A stretch of 64,000 bases of DNA from Eledone cirrhosa (Eukaryota), in assembly GCA_964016885.1 (NCBI GenBank), contig OZ024742.1, positions 187,364,001 to 187,428,000 on the forward strand. Reading direction: 5' to 3'. Position 1 is the first letter of the stretch. Each line of letters begins with the position of its first letter. The notes beneath the pieces are model-generated. The model had not been told where the DNA came from and did no database searches. It saw only the letters and a list, made by a program, of their open reading frames with translations. This document shows positions 24,404 to 38,948 of this stretch, in pieces. The translations under genes were made by a program, and so were the position numbers.

Positions 24404-25263
24404 TGTGTATGTGTATAAGGAGAGAGGGAAAAGCACACAGTTTGTTATATCTTTACGCAATTCCTCGAATGAATACAACTGATTGAATGAAGATATGCTG
24501 TTAGTTACAAGAGGTAGGCAGCGTGAAATAATGGTGCAGAGATTCCCAGAAGATTTTCACCTGCTTCGCATTGCCAAATAATTGTATATTGAAATTGTTT
24601 TTGAACCATAACAACGATTACTATCATGTTTTGACGTTTTTATCTCAATATTGTATACTTCTGTGCTTTGGTGTTGTTACCTTATCTGACTTCCATCTTG
24701 TCTAGCCTCTAATGTTCGGTCGATAATGAATGTTAAACTGGCACAGTTTTAAGGTCAATCATAAACAAAAGTACTGAGAAATGAAGTATTGTTTCTGTCT
24801 GTTGATTAGTAATTTGAATTTCTTAACCCGAAATATTGAATATATTTTTAAATAATTTTTATATTTGTACATAATTCTATGTTTATTTCTATTTCTTTCA
24901 TCACGCTATTTCTACCCTACATACAAAGGAAATTTCATTTTATCAAACAACTTTGACAAGCAGCATCGTTGAAAGTTCGAAACAAAGAGATACTATTGAT
25001 ATGTACACACTGACCAGCAGGTCTCCAAAATACCTGACTGGATGCACACGTGCCTTTTCTCAGGAAAAATTGTTTCGTACCTTCCTCTTCTCACCCCCTA
25101 TCTTCCTATTTCATCTTTAATTTCTCTTTCTATTTTCTGATAAAGGACTAATGTCCGAAAGGTAAAGACTTTTTTCCTACACTATCAAGCGTTAAACTGA
25201 TATATTTTTTCTTTTACTTTGTTGTTTCCGTTTACATTTTGCATACACACACACACACACACA

Positions 25264-25345
<82 letters not shown>

Positions 25346-25372
25346 TACACACGCACACATATATTGATATAT

Positions 25373-25435
<63 letters not shown>

Positions 25436-26209
25436 GCATGTATAGTTATGTGTAAAACCGAAAGAAAAGAGCAATCAAATCTCTACTTTGAGTTATAATT
25501 AATGATAAACATCGAACAAATCCATATAACCACTCTCTATTACATATATTGAACACATCTCACACCAGAACATTCCAGAATATCACAAGATATGAGAATG
25601 AATATGAAATAGTTAAACATTTATCTAAGCTTAATATACGAAAGAATAATTCTGGAACCAACCGCCTGCCGTGTTTGTATGTAGTTATTAAAAGTGAGAA
25701 TATAATACATACTTTAGAAATTGACTAATCAATCTCGTCACGTAACTGCGTGTTGATCTAAATAGCGGCACTGGACAATGTGTTGTACATCTATCTGATT
25801 ACCCAAGTAATATTCTACTGTGACAGATCGATACTGAAAACTCTTCTGATAACATGAAATATACGACACTATTTTGTACACGTCGAGGTTGTAAATATTT
25901 GAGAAAACCTGTTATTGAAATACATCCATACCTACAATAGGTTACGAAAAAAAATCATCAAAATATATATTCTATTTTATAAATGCTTGTCATAACGCAC
26001 AGCGTCGGCGCGCAAGCGCGCACACTCACACACACTTACACACACAGACATTCCCACACACACTTACACATACACACACACACACACACACTCAGACGTA
26101 CACACAAACACACACATACACACACACACATACAAACACACAAAAATATACACACATATGCGATGCATTTCACAGCCTGGAATGTAAAAGAAACGTCTCT
26201 CTCTCTATC

Positions 26210-26254
<45 letters not shown>

Positions 26255-26260
<6 letters not shown>

Positions 26261-29200
26261 CTTTGGGAGTGTCATGTTGCCAATAAGAAACACACGCAAC
26301 AGTTGCTTTCACTTCAATTTATTATAAATTAAATTTATAAATTTAGGAATTTATAAATTTCCGGTTGGCTGGTTGGTTCCACAACCAGACGATTGTTCGT
26401 ATATTGTCAAAGTTCTTTCGTCACACATTCTCTCACCTCTTCAGTGACTGGAATCTTTTCTTTGTTTTTCTGCCTCTCCTTTGTCCTGTCCTACGCCATC
26501 CTGTTTTTGTGTGTGTTGTGTGCTTAGTTTGCGCATGTGTTACATCCGTGTGTCTGTGTGTGTTAATATTTGTATAATTATTTGTTTATTTACATGTTAC
26601 TGGTTGGTTGTTTGTTCTATGTGTGTGTGTGTTTTTATTTTGTCCTTAATTGTAAGTTGTGATGTTGCTGTTCCATTTATGCTTTCTATTTAATTTTGGT
26701 TGGAGTTCATTTATGTTTATTGCCTCTGTAATTTGTCTAAACATTGCGTATTTTCTGTGTTAGATTCTATTTTTATTTCTATGTTCTTTAATTTACCCTT
26801 ATGTTCTATTTTAGCATGTTGGTAGAGTACAGATTATTCTTTACTATCTTGAAGCTCTCACCAGTGTTCATTTATCCGTTCCCCTATACTACGAGCTGTC
26901 TCACCTATCTACACTATATTCTTATCTCTACATTGTCATTCAGTACATCTTATGCTATATACTACATTTCTTGTTTTACAGTTAATATGGCGGCTTAGTT
27001 TACAGATTATACATTTCTCATCTATACAGGGAGGTCTTTGAAAAGGGTATGTATAGCTAATAAGTGTTTTTATGTAGGTACCTGGTCTTTCTACTATCTT
27101 AATATTGAGGTTATGTTTATCTAGGACCCTTCTGAATTTGTAAGCCTATTCACCTCTAGGGGTTGTATTGATGAACATTACACTCTGGTATTTATTGCTA
27201 TCATGCCATGAGTTTATTCTATTAAACTTATTCCTAGTTCTTTCTATTCTATTCCAAAGTTTGCTCCTATACAAGGGGCAGGTCCCATTTATGTCATTAT
27301 TTACCATTTTTTCCCATTTGGTTATGGCTCCTCTATACACTCTGATCTTATCTCTCTGGTTGTAACCAGAGAACTGCATACGTTGGATGAAGTGTTGTAT
27401 GTGTCTCTCTAGTTCTTTGGGGTTGCACATGCGGGACACGTTTCTCATCACCCGTCCCAAATCCGCAATCAGTATGTTGATTTTGGTGTGATCAGCTGAG
27501 TTTCGGTGGATCAGATAATTGGAAGTCATGGGTTTGGCATAATGGGAATGGAGGATCTGTTTTTTTGTTATTGATAGTATCTAACCAGAGCTCTGTGTCT
27601 AGTACAGGTAATCGATGGTTGGGGTGTTTACTTGGGTAGTCTATAGTAACTCTAATACTCTGGTGGATGGAGTTAGCTATTTCCTGGATGCTTTCCATGG
27701 TGTTTTTCTCTAATTCCTGACTGTTCTCTAGTGGGGGTGTTTTTACTACGATGTTTACATTATCAACGTAGCGGGAGTACATTATCAGGGTTAAGAGGTT
27801 GCTGTCTTCTAATTGTTCTTTAAGTTTAAGTTTAAGTCTATTGTCCCACCATACCATGAATAGGTTAGCTATGTCACCTGCAATGCTAACACCAATGGCT
27901 GCTCACTCCTCTTGGGCATATGTTTTTCCATTAAATTTGAACATATGTTCCTTAAGGGTTACTTTTATACTGGCCCCCACCGCATGTGCAATCATTTTCT
28001 TTAGTTCATCGTGGTTTTCGCGGGTCCGTATGGCTCTGATCCACCCGTTCCATCTACCTGTGTGGGCTTTCTTGGCCATTGAGGTAATAGTAGGTGGTCT
28101 GCCTTTTGCTGGTCTTGTAGGGCACAGGTTGCTAAGGTCATATGTATCTAGATAATAATTACCATAAATAAGTTTAAGTAGGAGTCCCAGCTCACTAGTA
28201 TCAATCCCACGGAATTCAACATTGCTCTCACTGATCATTTCTACGCATTTCTCCACAGCAAAATCCACGTCAATAGATAGATACAGGGACACAACATCCC
28301 TACTTCCTATTATGCAGTTTGTTAGGTCGCTAGATCGGTTACCTTCGCTGATTCTGCTGAGGAGGTCCTCCGTGCTGTCACATATATCTGGGGACATTTC
28401 AATGATGGGGCGTATAATCAGGGAGAGGAAGTAGGAAAGTCTGTAGTAACTCGCAATTTTAGCTCCACAGACTGGCCATGTTGTGGGTCCTGTGACAGGG
28501 TCACTGCTCGTTTTATGGTCTTTTCGAAGCCCATACAACGCTGGCAGGTCATTGTTCCAGGCCTGGAAGTTGTTGGCAGTCCTTTTGTTGGGCTGTATTA
28601 TGTTTGTCCACATCATCATATGGGCATTGAGGTTTTTTCCCAATCCTCATGCTCCTGTGGTGTTACTTCTCTTGTGTTAGTGATGTGGGGTTGCATTGCC
28701 TGGATGTAGTTTGACAGACTGTCAACCGACATTCTGCCAGACTTTTCTGTTGGAAAGCAGGCAATCTCTCCATTACGCGAGCGTCACATGGGCTTCGCAA
28801 ACCATTTGCAGATTTTTCTCCCAATTGCTGGGCCTCCATTCTATTTTGCTTCTTACTATACTGTTCTATAATGTTTCTAAGTTTAGATCTAGCTATACTA
28901 AATTGTGCTTCTCTTTGTTCATCGACCTGCGACGGCAATTGCGTGCGTTTGTTAAAAGCTAAAGTCGTGGCTTGGACTCTTCGCAGGTCGAAATACCTAT
29001 CGGAAGGATTATGAAAAGTACTGATTGCGGATTTGGTACGGGTGATGAGAAACGTGTCCTGCATGTGCAACCCCAAAGAACTAGAGAGACACATACAACA
29101 CTTCATCTATCGTATGCAGTTCTATGGTTACAACTAGAGAGATAAAATCAGAGTATATAGAGGAGCCGGAACCAAATGGGAAAAAATGGTAAATAATGAT

Positions 29201-30298
29201 ACAAATGGTACCCGCAACTTGTATAGGAGCAAATTTTGAAATAGAATAGAAAGAACTAGGAATAAGGTTAATAGAATAAACTCATGGTATGATAGCAATA
29301 AATACCAATGTAATGTTCATTAATACAACCCCTAGAGGTGAATTAGCTTACACATTCAGAAGGGCCCTAGATAAACATAAACTCAATATAAAGAGAGTAA
29401 AAAGACCAGGTACCTCCATAAAAACACTTATTAGCAATACATAGCCTTTTCAAAGACCTCCCTGTATAGATATGAAATGTATAATCTGTAAACTAAGCCC
29501 CCATATTAACTGTAAAACTAGAAATGTAGTGTATAGCATAAGATGTACTGAAGTACAATGTAGAGATAATAATATAGTGTAGATAGGTGAGACAGCTCGT
29601 AGTATAGGGGAACGGATAAATGAACACTGGCGAGAGCTTCAAGATAGTAAAGAATCATCTGTACTCTACCAACATGCTAAAATAGAACATAAGGGTAAAT
29701 TAAAGAACATAGAAATACAAATAAACTCTACACACAGAAAAGACGCAATGTTTAGACAAATCACAGAGGCAATAAACATAAATGAACAACTAAAATTAAA
29801 TAGAAAGCATGAATGGAATAGCAACATCACAACTTACAATTAAGGACAAAATAAAAACACACACACACATAGAACAAACAACCAACCAGTAACATGTAGA
29901 TAAACAAATAAATAAACAAATATAAACACACACAGACACCCGGATGTAACACATTCGCAAACTAAGCACAAAACACACAAAAACCAGAATGCGTAGGACA
30001 GAACAAAGGAGAGGCACAAAAACAAAGAAATAATCCCCAGTCAGTGAAGAGGTCACAGAATGTGTGACGAAAGAACTTTGACAATATATGAACAATCGTC
30101 TGGTTGTGGAACCAACCAACCAACCGGAAATTTATAAATTCCTAAATTTATAAATTTAATTTATAATAAATTGAAGTGAAAGCAACTGTTGCGTGTGTTT
30201 CTTATTGGCAACATGACCCTCCCAAAGTATAACAATATCGGTTTCAACACACGTTTTCCGATAAAGAATCTTGCTAAATAAATTCAGAAACGAAATAT
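26255..30298. mobile_element. Penelope-like element (PLE), decayed head-to-head fold-back: minus arm 26255-29020, plus arm 29019-30298
   Basis: Minus-strand ORF pieces 27146-29106 are homologous to 40060-42147 (LYGLRKDHK, YSRYVDN, LPVLDTELW). 26257-27474 is inverted relative to 29019-30232. Flanked by (TA)n. Confidence 0.93.
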
Positions 30299-30300
30299 GC

Positions 30301-30326
<26 letters not shown>

Positions 30327-30332
<6 letters not shown>

Positions 30333-30598
30333 AGTCGAAAGCCCGTAGGCTCACCAGGTCGGTGCTTATCCGGGTTACCATGGCGTTAAGCAACTGAGAG
30401 TAAAATACTCCCCACCGCACAGAACGCTAGTCCATCGCAGGGATATACTCCCAGCTAATGCTGGTTCTCATTTTCAGTCATGTATACTAGGGCAACATGA
30501 AATTGAGTTCATTGCTCAAGAACACAACCCAGTCCAGGAATTGAACCCACAACGTTATGGACATAAGTTATACCCTTACCATTAGGGCTCACGCTTCC
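30327..30598 (-). mobile_element. tRNA-derived SINE, family 2 (CORE/V-like central region)
   Basis: Minus strand has a tRNA-like head with GGTTCAATTCC box B, then TTGTGTTCTTGAGCAA..ACT; second copy at 43307-43540. Confidence 0.7.
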
Positions 30599-30834
30599 AG
30601 TTATTGTGGAGCTTATACTCAACACGGTATTTGTTGAGCTCTGATGATCCTGCCTAAAGGTGAGGATGAAACATTGTTAGTGAATAAAGACTGTTTGAGT
30701 ATGAAAGCGTTATTTGGTTTCTTTTTTATATAACCGCTCGGTCTACGTACATTGAGCTAACACAATACAGCAATAATACAGTACGGTGAGTAAGTGTTTA
30801 TGCACATACCCTCCGAACGTACGTAAATAAATAA

Positions 30835-30890
<56 letters not shown>

Positions 30891-31190
30891 TAGGTTATGC
30901 ATGAAATGCTTAGGATTATCCTGAATGCAGTAATGGTTAATTACTACACTAGATAGAGTTGACGTACGGTGAGGGGTTACGCAACGAGTTATGGAAGAAT
31001 AGTTGAAGAAACTCAGTTCATGATCCTTCTGTATTCCGGAGTGTAGATAAAGAATGAATAATAACAGGTAGACATCATAAAAAGGTAATTTATTCCGAGT
31101 GCTTACAAATGTTTCAACAGTAGTTATACAGCCTAGTCATGCTATGTGCAAATTGGTAATTATTAGTTTACTGAAACTCAATTTTCAAAT

Positions 31191-31251
31191 GCTGCTTCTA
31201 CCGTTTCCTCAGAGCAGAATGATTCTGCTCTAAGGAAACGGTAGAAGCAGC
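31191..31251. repeat. Palindrome with 30-bp arms, 1-nt loop, 1 mismatch
   Basis: GCTGCTTCTACCGTTTCCTCAGAGCAGAAT-G-ATTCTGCTCTAAGGAAACGGTAGAAGCAGC. Confidence 0.95.
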
Positions 31252-31491
31252 CTTCCACATGCTGATGACCCACCAGGCCGTATTGGAACCCACTAAAATG
31301 GCGACACATGCTCCTGGTGAGTGTGTACATGTGTGATTTAGGTGAGGATGGTTTTTCATTTCAATTTATACTTTTAATTTTAATGTTTTACCAATACCTC
31401 TAGTAGCTTATATTCTTCTTACGCTGGTGGTTCAAAATTCCTGTAATGAAAAACACACTCTCCTGTGTCTTTCCCCTCTATATATTGTATT

Positions 31492-31523
<32 letters not shown>

Positions 31524-32449
31524 ATTACATATACATATATATATATACACATGTTAAGTATTTCAGAAGAAAAAGCAACGGAAAAAAGAGTGCTCTATGT
31601 AAAATAAAGAGCTATTTAATTAGAAAGTAAACAACACAATATAACTACTCCATTACCAAAGGTTTCAGGAGCCTAGACAATATTAACATACCTAGCGAAT
31701 TAAATGTATGCTAAACGTTAACGGAATAATAAAAAAAGCAAAGGACACAGTACAATGAAGAACTCTATTAGCTTAACGCTTGATATAGTGGGAAAATAAT
31801 ATTGACGTTTCGGACCCTAGTCCTTCATAAGAAGATATAATTAGAAATAAAAGGTGAAATAGATAGTGAGAAGGCGAAGTACCTTTTTGAGAAAAAGCAT
31901 GAGTGTATTCATTCTACTATTTTGGAGAAATATATATCTATATCTATCTGTGTGTGTATGTATATATATATATATATATATAGATATATACACGCGCGCG
32001 CGCACATAAATGCCCACTCATAAAGACACTTACACACACACAGCTTCTCACAAACAGACCACACATATCTATATATGGACATACACGACTCTAAATCTGA
32101 GAATAATGACTATAGGATAAAAATACCATGTACAATGATTCAAGGAGAAGGTTTTTTTCTAAATATCCAAGAAACAAGAATACAAAAGAAGAGAAAGAAC
32201 ATCAAGACAGGTTTTTCTTTGCCAACTATCACCCAGACATCTACATTATTGAACAAAATCTAAGACTCTCTCTAATTTACTATCATTGGCAAACGAATGG
32301 TTGTTTTACAAACTTTTCTCCACAATAATGTAGCGCCTGGTTTATAAATATTAAATGAGATTTTCTCACAATTGTATTCACCTTAAAGACATTTACTCAA
32401 TCATATCGACCTCAGTTTTCATTTTCCCAAGTCTGGCACTTCTTCTAAG

Positions 32450-32523
<74 letters not shown>

Positions 32524-32561
32524 TAGTATATTAATATGTATACATACATACACACACACAC

Positions 32562-32597
<36 letters not shown>

Positions 32598-32732
32598 TTA
32601 GAAATACAAGCTTACGTCATATTTTAGTTAGATTTCTCACTAAGAAATTGAAAATGATGAGTATCATAAATATAATAAGATAATCAATAAAGACCGTAAT
32701 GTGAAACCTCGCTTTGTTTTTAATCTATATAT

Positions 32733-32985
32733 CTAGGGCGGGTAAAATTCCCGAGATCCATGGACGGGTTCTCTCCAGCGGTCTCTGTCCCTCATTATCG
32801 CTGCCATGTCCTGCGTCTCTAACAGACCAGTGTCTGTCCTTAGGGCATCAACATATGTCAACCTCGGTTTCCCTCTTCTAGTGTGTCCATGCAGGGGCTC
32901 CCACAGGAGCACTGAGTGCAGTGTCAACTCTGGATGTCGGTGAGCATGTCCAGTTAACCTCAGTCTCCTCTGTGCTACTCTCTAC
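32733..32985 (-). mobile_element. 3' fragment of an RTE-type LINE
   Basis: Translation RRLRLTGHAHRHPEL..SVLLWEP.HG..RRGKPRLTYVD....MRDRDRWR is typical of RTE C-termini. Confidence 0.75.
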
Positions 32986-33162
32986 AATTATAGTCTTTAT
33001 GTCTCTTCCTGTTCTTACTCTCATCTATCTTTCTATTTTACTCTTATCACTCACTCTATTTTCTGGTGTAGGACTAACGTCCGAAACGGTAGAATGTTTA
33101 CTTACTATATCAAGCGTTATATTAATATATAACTTCAATGCACTCTATCCACACACACACAC

Positions 33163-33304
<142 letters not shown>

Positions 33305-33333
33305 ATATATATGTACGGCTATATATTTGATAT

Positions 33334-34438
33334 GGTTCTAGGTAATGTTACTCCTGGTTATTTCACTCCCGGTATTTTGACCCCGGTAATTTCATTCCCG
33401 ATGTTAAAATAATAAAACGTTGAATTCATCAGTATTAACATTATTACTTCGATCAGTTCAAAACATAAATCAATACTGTTATTGTAATATAAACATGTAA
33501 ATATACCGTAAGTATACGAAAGGATATACAAACATTACTAAATCTTCCTTTATTAATCTAATACATGAATGTAATGACATCAGTAAAAAATATGAATTAA
33601 AATTTAAATATAAAAAAAGATAAATAAAAAGTACAGGAAAACATAAAAATATTACTAAAATCCATTTAATTTTCGGGATTATATCGCTAAAGAATTATTT
33701 GTTAATATCGCCGGGATTTGAAGTTAGCTTCGCCTTTCATTCTTACTGGGTCGATAAAATAATGCACCAGGGTCGATTTAATCACCCCAAATCGCTGGCC
33801 TTGTGTCTAAATCAGAAACTATTATTAATATCATTATTGTTTGTGTTATTAATGATAATCTACAGAGTAATTTAGTTAACTGAAAGTATAATTTCAGTCA
33901 TCCATGAAGGTGTTTTATTTAAAGTGTTTACAGGTTTAACTCATTCGTTACTTAAAAAGGAAATATATACACGTCATGCCTCATGTTTTTAATTCTATCC
34001 GCGGAATGAAGAATTACATGCAGGAAAGGAATTACATATATGAATTTGATCGAAGTGAGATCTACGAAACCAAAAAATAACGTACAAAAATATAAACAAA
34101 CGGGTGCAAGTAATTATTGAGCGATATAATCCCGAAAATAAAATGGAATTTAGTAATATTTTTATGTTTTACTGTACTTTTTATTTTATCTTTATTATAA
34201 TAAAACTTTAATTCATGTTTTTTTACTGATACGATCACATTCATGTATTGGATTAATAAAGGAGGTTAACATGGCTTTCAGTAATGTTTGTTTCCCTTTT
34301 CCCATAGTTACGGTATAATTACTTGTTTATATTACAAATACTAGATTGGTTTTATATTTTAAACTGATAATAAATAATAATGATAATAATAATAATGATG
34401 AATTTCAACGTTTTATTATTTTCTAATATCGGTAGTGA
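33334..34438. mobile_element. Foldback/MITE-like DNA element with ~310 bp inverted arms (33392-33698 / 34111-34438); SINE family 1 fragment inside at ~33708-33830
   Basis: The arms are diverged reverse complements; the left end has four tandem ~15-mers (GGT.ATTT.AC.CC). Confidence 0.7.
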
Positions 34439-34923
34439 TACATATATCAAATGTAGAGTTATACACACATACTAATACCCTGTAATAATTAAGCTCAAAG
34501 TATAAATACTGAGCGTTTTATAATATATATATATATTATTTGAATGTTGGCTCCTGGATTTGTCGAGCTAACAAGTTAGGGAATTTAGGCTATTATTTCT
34601 AGCCGTTTTACAATCCACCCACGCCACTTGAAATGACGGACACACGAGGTATTTGATTCCCTCGTGTGTATTAAGTTTACCTACTCTCATAGGTGTTTGT
34701 TGCATTTAATCTCATCTCCGGCTGAGGACTGCATCCGGATTATCTGTTACAAACAGAACTTTTCAGAGCGAAACAGATTATTCAGTCTGGGAGATAATGG
34801 TTATTGAAACGGTCAGTACATTTTAGTATTATCTTGTATTTTCCGTTTGTTTCATAGTTTATATACGTCAAACCAACGTGGTCTTACTACCCTAGTAATT
34901 CGAAACACACAAGTTACTGTGTG

Positions 34924-34988
<65 letters not shown>

Positions 34989-35199
34989 ACAAAATACACA
35001 TATACACATAACCATATACACATATACCAGTATATATAATATAATGTATACACCTATAACAAATACAAGCATATAAACGTTCGAAAAAGTATGCGTACCT
35101 TCACAAAATATACGGGTAAGGTATACTTACCTATACAAATAAGTGATGGTATAAACATAAAATATACTTAGCTACCACATCAAGACGTAAGTTATCCGC

Positions 35200-37030
35200 G
35201 TATTGTTCGTACTATCCGTTAGGCTATAATGTGGGGTTGTAATATAGGAACATTTTATGCAATTTGTGTTAACAAGCCGAAATTGCCTCAGATTTTTTGT
35301 TTATGATGTGGTCATTGGCGTAGAGTATTTGCAGGGCTTCAGCGGCGCAAAGATCACAAGATCTTTTATTTCCGTTATACGATCTAGCCTTCGCTAGGAT
35401 CTTCCAGTGTACCCTCTATTGTCATTTAGGCTCCAGATATAAGCTGAAAGTGAGGTCATATTCCTTCTTAAAGGTTTAAGAAAAGAATGAGTGTGCATGT
35501 AAAGAGGCTGCTTGAATCTATTGGCGGTTAACCCTATGTAGGCCCTACGGGACGTGGTTGTTTCGACCTTACATTTGCAGACAATATTACTGGAGAGGCA
35601 TTTCCCGAATAGGGGGCAGTCAGCCCGATTCCTACAATTACAGTTAGTACTAGCTACAGGGTTGCGCATGTTCCTATGGCTAGGTAATTTAGCTAAATTT
35701 GAAGCAGTGATGTTATGTGCAAGGTTAGGAGTCGTATAGTAAGATATTCTAATGGTATTTCTATTAAAAATGTTATTATATTTATGTGCTGAGGGCAAAT
35801 GCTTTTTAATAAGGGAGTGAAAGATCTTAGCTATTGGTGTGACCACCTCCATATTATAAACGTGGTTTTGTCTTTGCGTGCATTTGTTCCCACCGCACCA
35901 CATAACGACGTATTATCTTCGCTTTTATCGTTCATTGCCAGGGAACGGCTTCACGAACCAAAGTATCGTCTTCCTGTTTTCCTTCGGTTGCAACGTTTTT
36001 CGAAGTATTTACTTTTGCGTTCACTGATTGATTGTTTTAGTTTCAAAAGATCCCGTTAAGGGTGAAAGCAGCGATTCTTTGCTTAAACTTTAATCTGTTA
36101 TTTTAATAAATATTTGCTCTAGGGTTCTTATATATTTGATATATATTTATCCTTATCGAGCCCTCTTTGGATTTTAGTCTTCAAATTTATTATTATTACT
36201 ATATATATATATATATAAAATAAGTAAGTCAAACATGTTAAATTTGGCTTCGTTTATTATAAATTCTCTGCTATATATATTTCAGTGACAGCTATTTTTG
36301 GCTGTGACCTCTTCAGGAAGTACAAATTAAGGTAGAAAGGAGACGGATAAACATGGTGTTGAAATGTGTTCCACTCTGTCATCGATATGTCCAGCTGCTG
36401 GGTGTGTTGTTAGTCCTACGAGGAACTGGAATCATATCTTTTGTGATCTTTAAGGGTAATACTCGGCTCTCTTGGTTGGTATCTGGCCATTCCTATCTTC
36501 TATGCCGAGTCAGGATACTAACCTGTATGCATTGGCGTTGAACTCCTCCAGGGTAACTGTAGGTGTGTTTTTGTAGCACTTCCTCAGTTCCCTGGGAATT
36601 AGCTTATTATACAGTCCTGCGTCCATGCTGTAAAGGTTGTTGGTTTTATCAGCATTTACGAGTATTCCGGTCGTCTCCTTAAGCTTTGTAATCCAGTTTT
36701 CCAGCTGTCTCAGATACTCCCGACCCCTGGGTGGATGGCCGGAGAATTTGAGGTTGGAGATAATGTTAATCATTTCATTCTGGAACTCCTCCATTAGCCT
36801 GTTGAGGGGAGAGATCCTCCTTCATCGAAAAAGGTACTCCATGTTTTGGGTGTTGGTAATTTTGGGCGTTCCTTTTTCAAAGTGGAACGCCATCTATCAC
36901 ATCCAACGGACGAGGGAGTGGGTACTCTTGATGAGATCACCGGTGTACTCTCGTATGTCTGGTAAGGGGATATCCTTCAGTGATGCCAAGGTTGCCAGTT
37001 TTTCCATTGCGAATTAAGTCCGCGACTGTT
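35200..37030 (-). mobile_element. Decayed PLE of a second family with the RT core missing
   Basis: N-terminal SLKDIPLP...ADKTNNLY...KDHK (36450-37000) and C-terminal IFNRNTIRISY...CNCRNRADCPLFGKC...AYIGLTANRFK GIY-YIG (35394-35810); no YxDD motif between them. Confidence 0.8.
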
Positions 37031-37103
37031 TGAAGCGCTCAACACGTGGCGGAGCAAGATATATTTTGAGGTGTCGGTAAACAACCAACACATACTCAAA
37101 ATA

Positions 37104-37153
<50 letters not shown>

Positions 37154-37406
37154 AATTAGAAAATAGAATAGCTTTCACCGTATTTTTTACTAAAGTAATG
37201 TTAGCCTGATAACGGGGTTTAGAACCCTCAGATAAATGGAAAAAGATGAGTATTGACGTACATGGGAGTCGAAGCCACATCTTTGGTGACCACTGTGCTA
37301 CCATTAAACCAACACATCACCCATCTCTCTCCATTCAAATTAGAAGCTACATTCTTAGCGAGCTTAAATGTCGAGTAAGTATGTTTTGAAACAGTGAGCA
37401 GGTTTG

Positions 37407-37454
<48 letters not shown>

Positions 37455-37889
37455 GTGTGTATAAAAGGTAAACAGAAATAACAACACAATTGGTATAGTA
37501 TATGGAAGGGATATATTAGGTTACGCTTGATATAACAGGAAGAGGGTCTTAACGTGTTTGGGACCTACATATTGCCGTTCCAACAGCTATTTTCACACTG
37601 TGTGGAACTCGCAGTTGAACAGCAAGATCTCAGCTGTCGGGCTTCGACTCTTTCTCTCTCTCTTTATATAGATTATGTATATTACAACAGGTGTAATTTT
37701 CTGAAAGTGTGTAGGTTCGATGTAAATAAATGGAGCATGAAATGGAAACGAAATGTATTGGACGGACTCTAGGACAAGTTTTATAAACGATGAACAACTT
37801 TGGACATAAAATCAATATTAACATCATCTTGTGAATTTACCTATAAACCGCAGGACAGTGTTTTACATACACATACTCCCCCATATATG

Positions 37890-37928
<39 letters not shown>

Positions 37929-38010
37929 ATGTGTGTGTGTGTGTGTGTACACATACACAAACATATATATGTGACATACATATATATACATATACAGTCC
38001 GAAATATATG

Positions 38011-38072
<62 letters not shown>

Positions 38073-38094
38073 CAAACAAATATGTGTGTGTATA

Positions 38095-38125
<31 letters not shown>

Positions 38126-38127
38126 TA

Positions 38128-38225
<98 letters not shown>

Positions 38226-38948
38226 TGTTATACTTTGGGAGGGTCATATTGCCGATAAGAAACACACGCACCAGCTGCTTTCACTTCAATTTATTATAAT
38301 AAATTTATAAATTTATAAATTTCTTATTGGTTGGTTGGTTCCACAAACAGATAGTTGTTTATATATAGTCATATTTCTTTTGTCACATACTATGTGACCT
38401 CTTCAGTGACTGGGGATTCCTTTCTTTGTTTCTGTGCCTCTCCTTTGTTCTGTCCTACGCCATTTTGTTTCTGTGTGTGTGTTGTGTGCTCAGTCTGCGC
38501 ATGCGCCACATCCGGGTGTCTGTGTGTGTTTATGTTCATTTATTTATTTGTTTATTTACATGTTACTGGTTGGTTGTTTGTTCTATGTGTGTGTGTGTTT
38601 TTATTTTGTCCTTAATTGTAAGTTGTAATGTTGCTGCTCCACTCATATTTTCTATTTAATTTTGGTTATAATTCTTTTATGTTTATTGCCTCTGTAATTT
38701 GTCTAAACATTGCGTCTTTTCTGTGTGTAGATTCTATTTTTATTTCTATGTTCTCTAATTTACCCTTGTGTTCTATTTTAGCATGTTCGTAGTGTAAAGA
38801 TGATTCTTTATTATCTTGAAGGTCTCGCCAGTGTTCATTTATCCATTCCCTTATACTACGAGCTGTCTCACCTATGTACACTATATTTTTGTCTCTACAT
38901 TGTCCTTCAGTACATCTTATGCTATACACTACATTTCTAGTTTTACAG

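Noticed and set aside
34733-34816. Hammerhead-like CTGAGGA...GAAACGGTC (similarly 50221-50300)
   Set aside because: No convincing stem I or stem II pairing.
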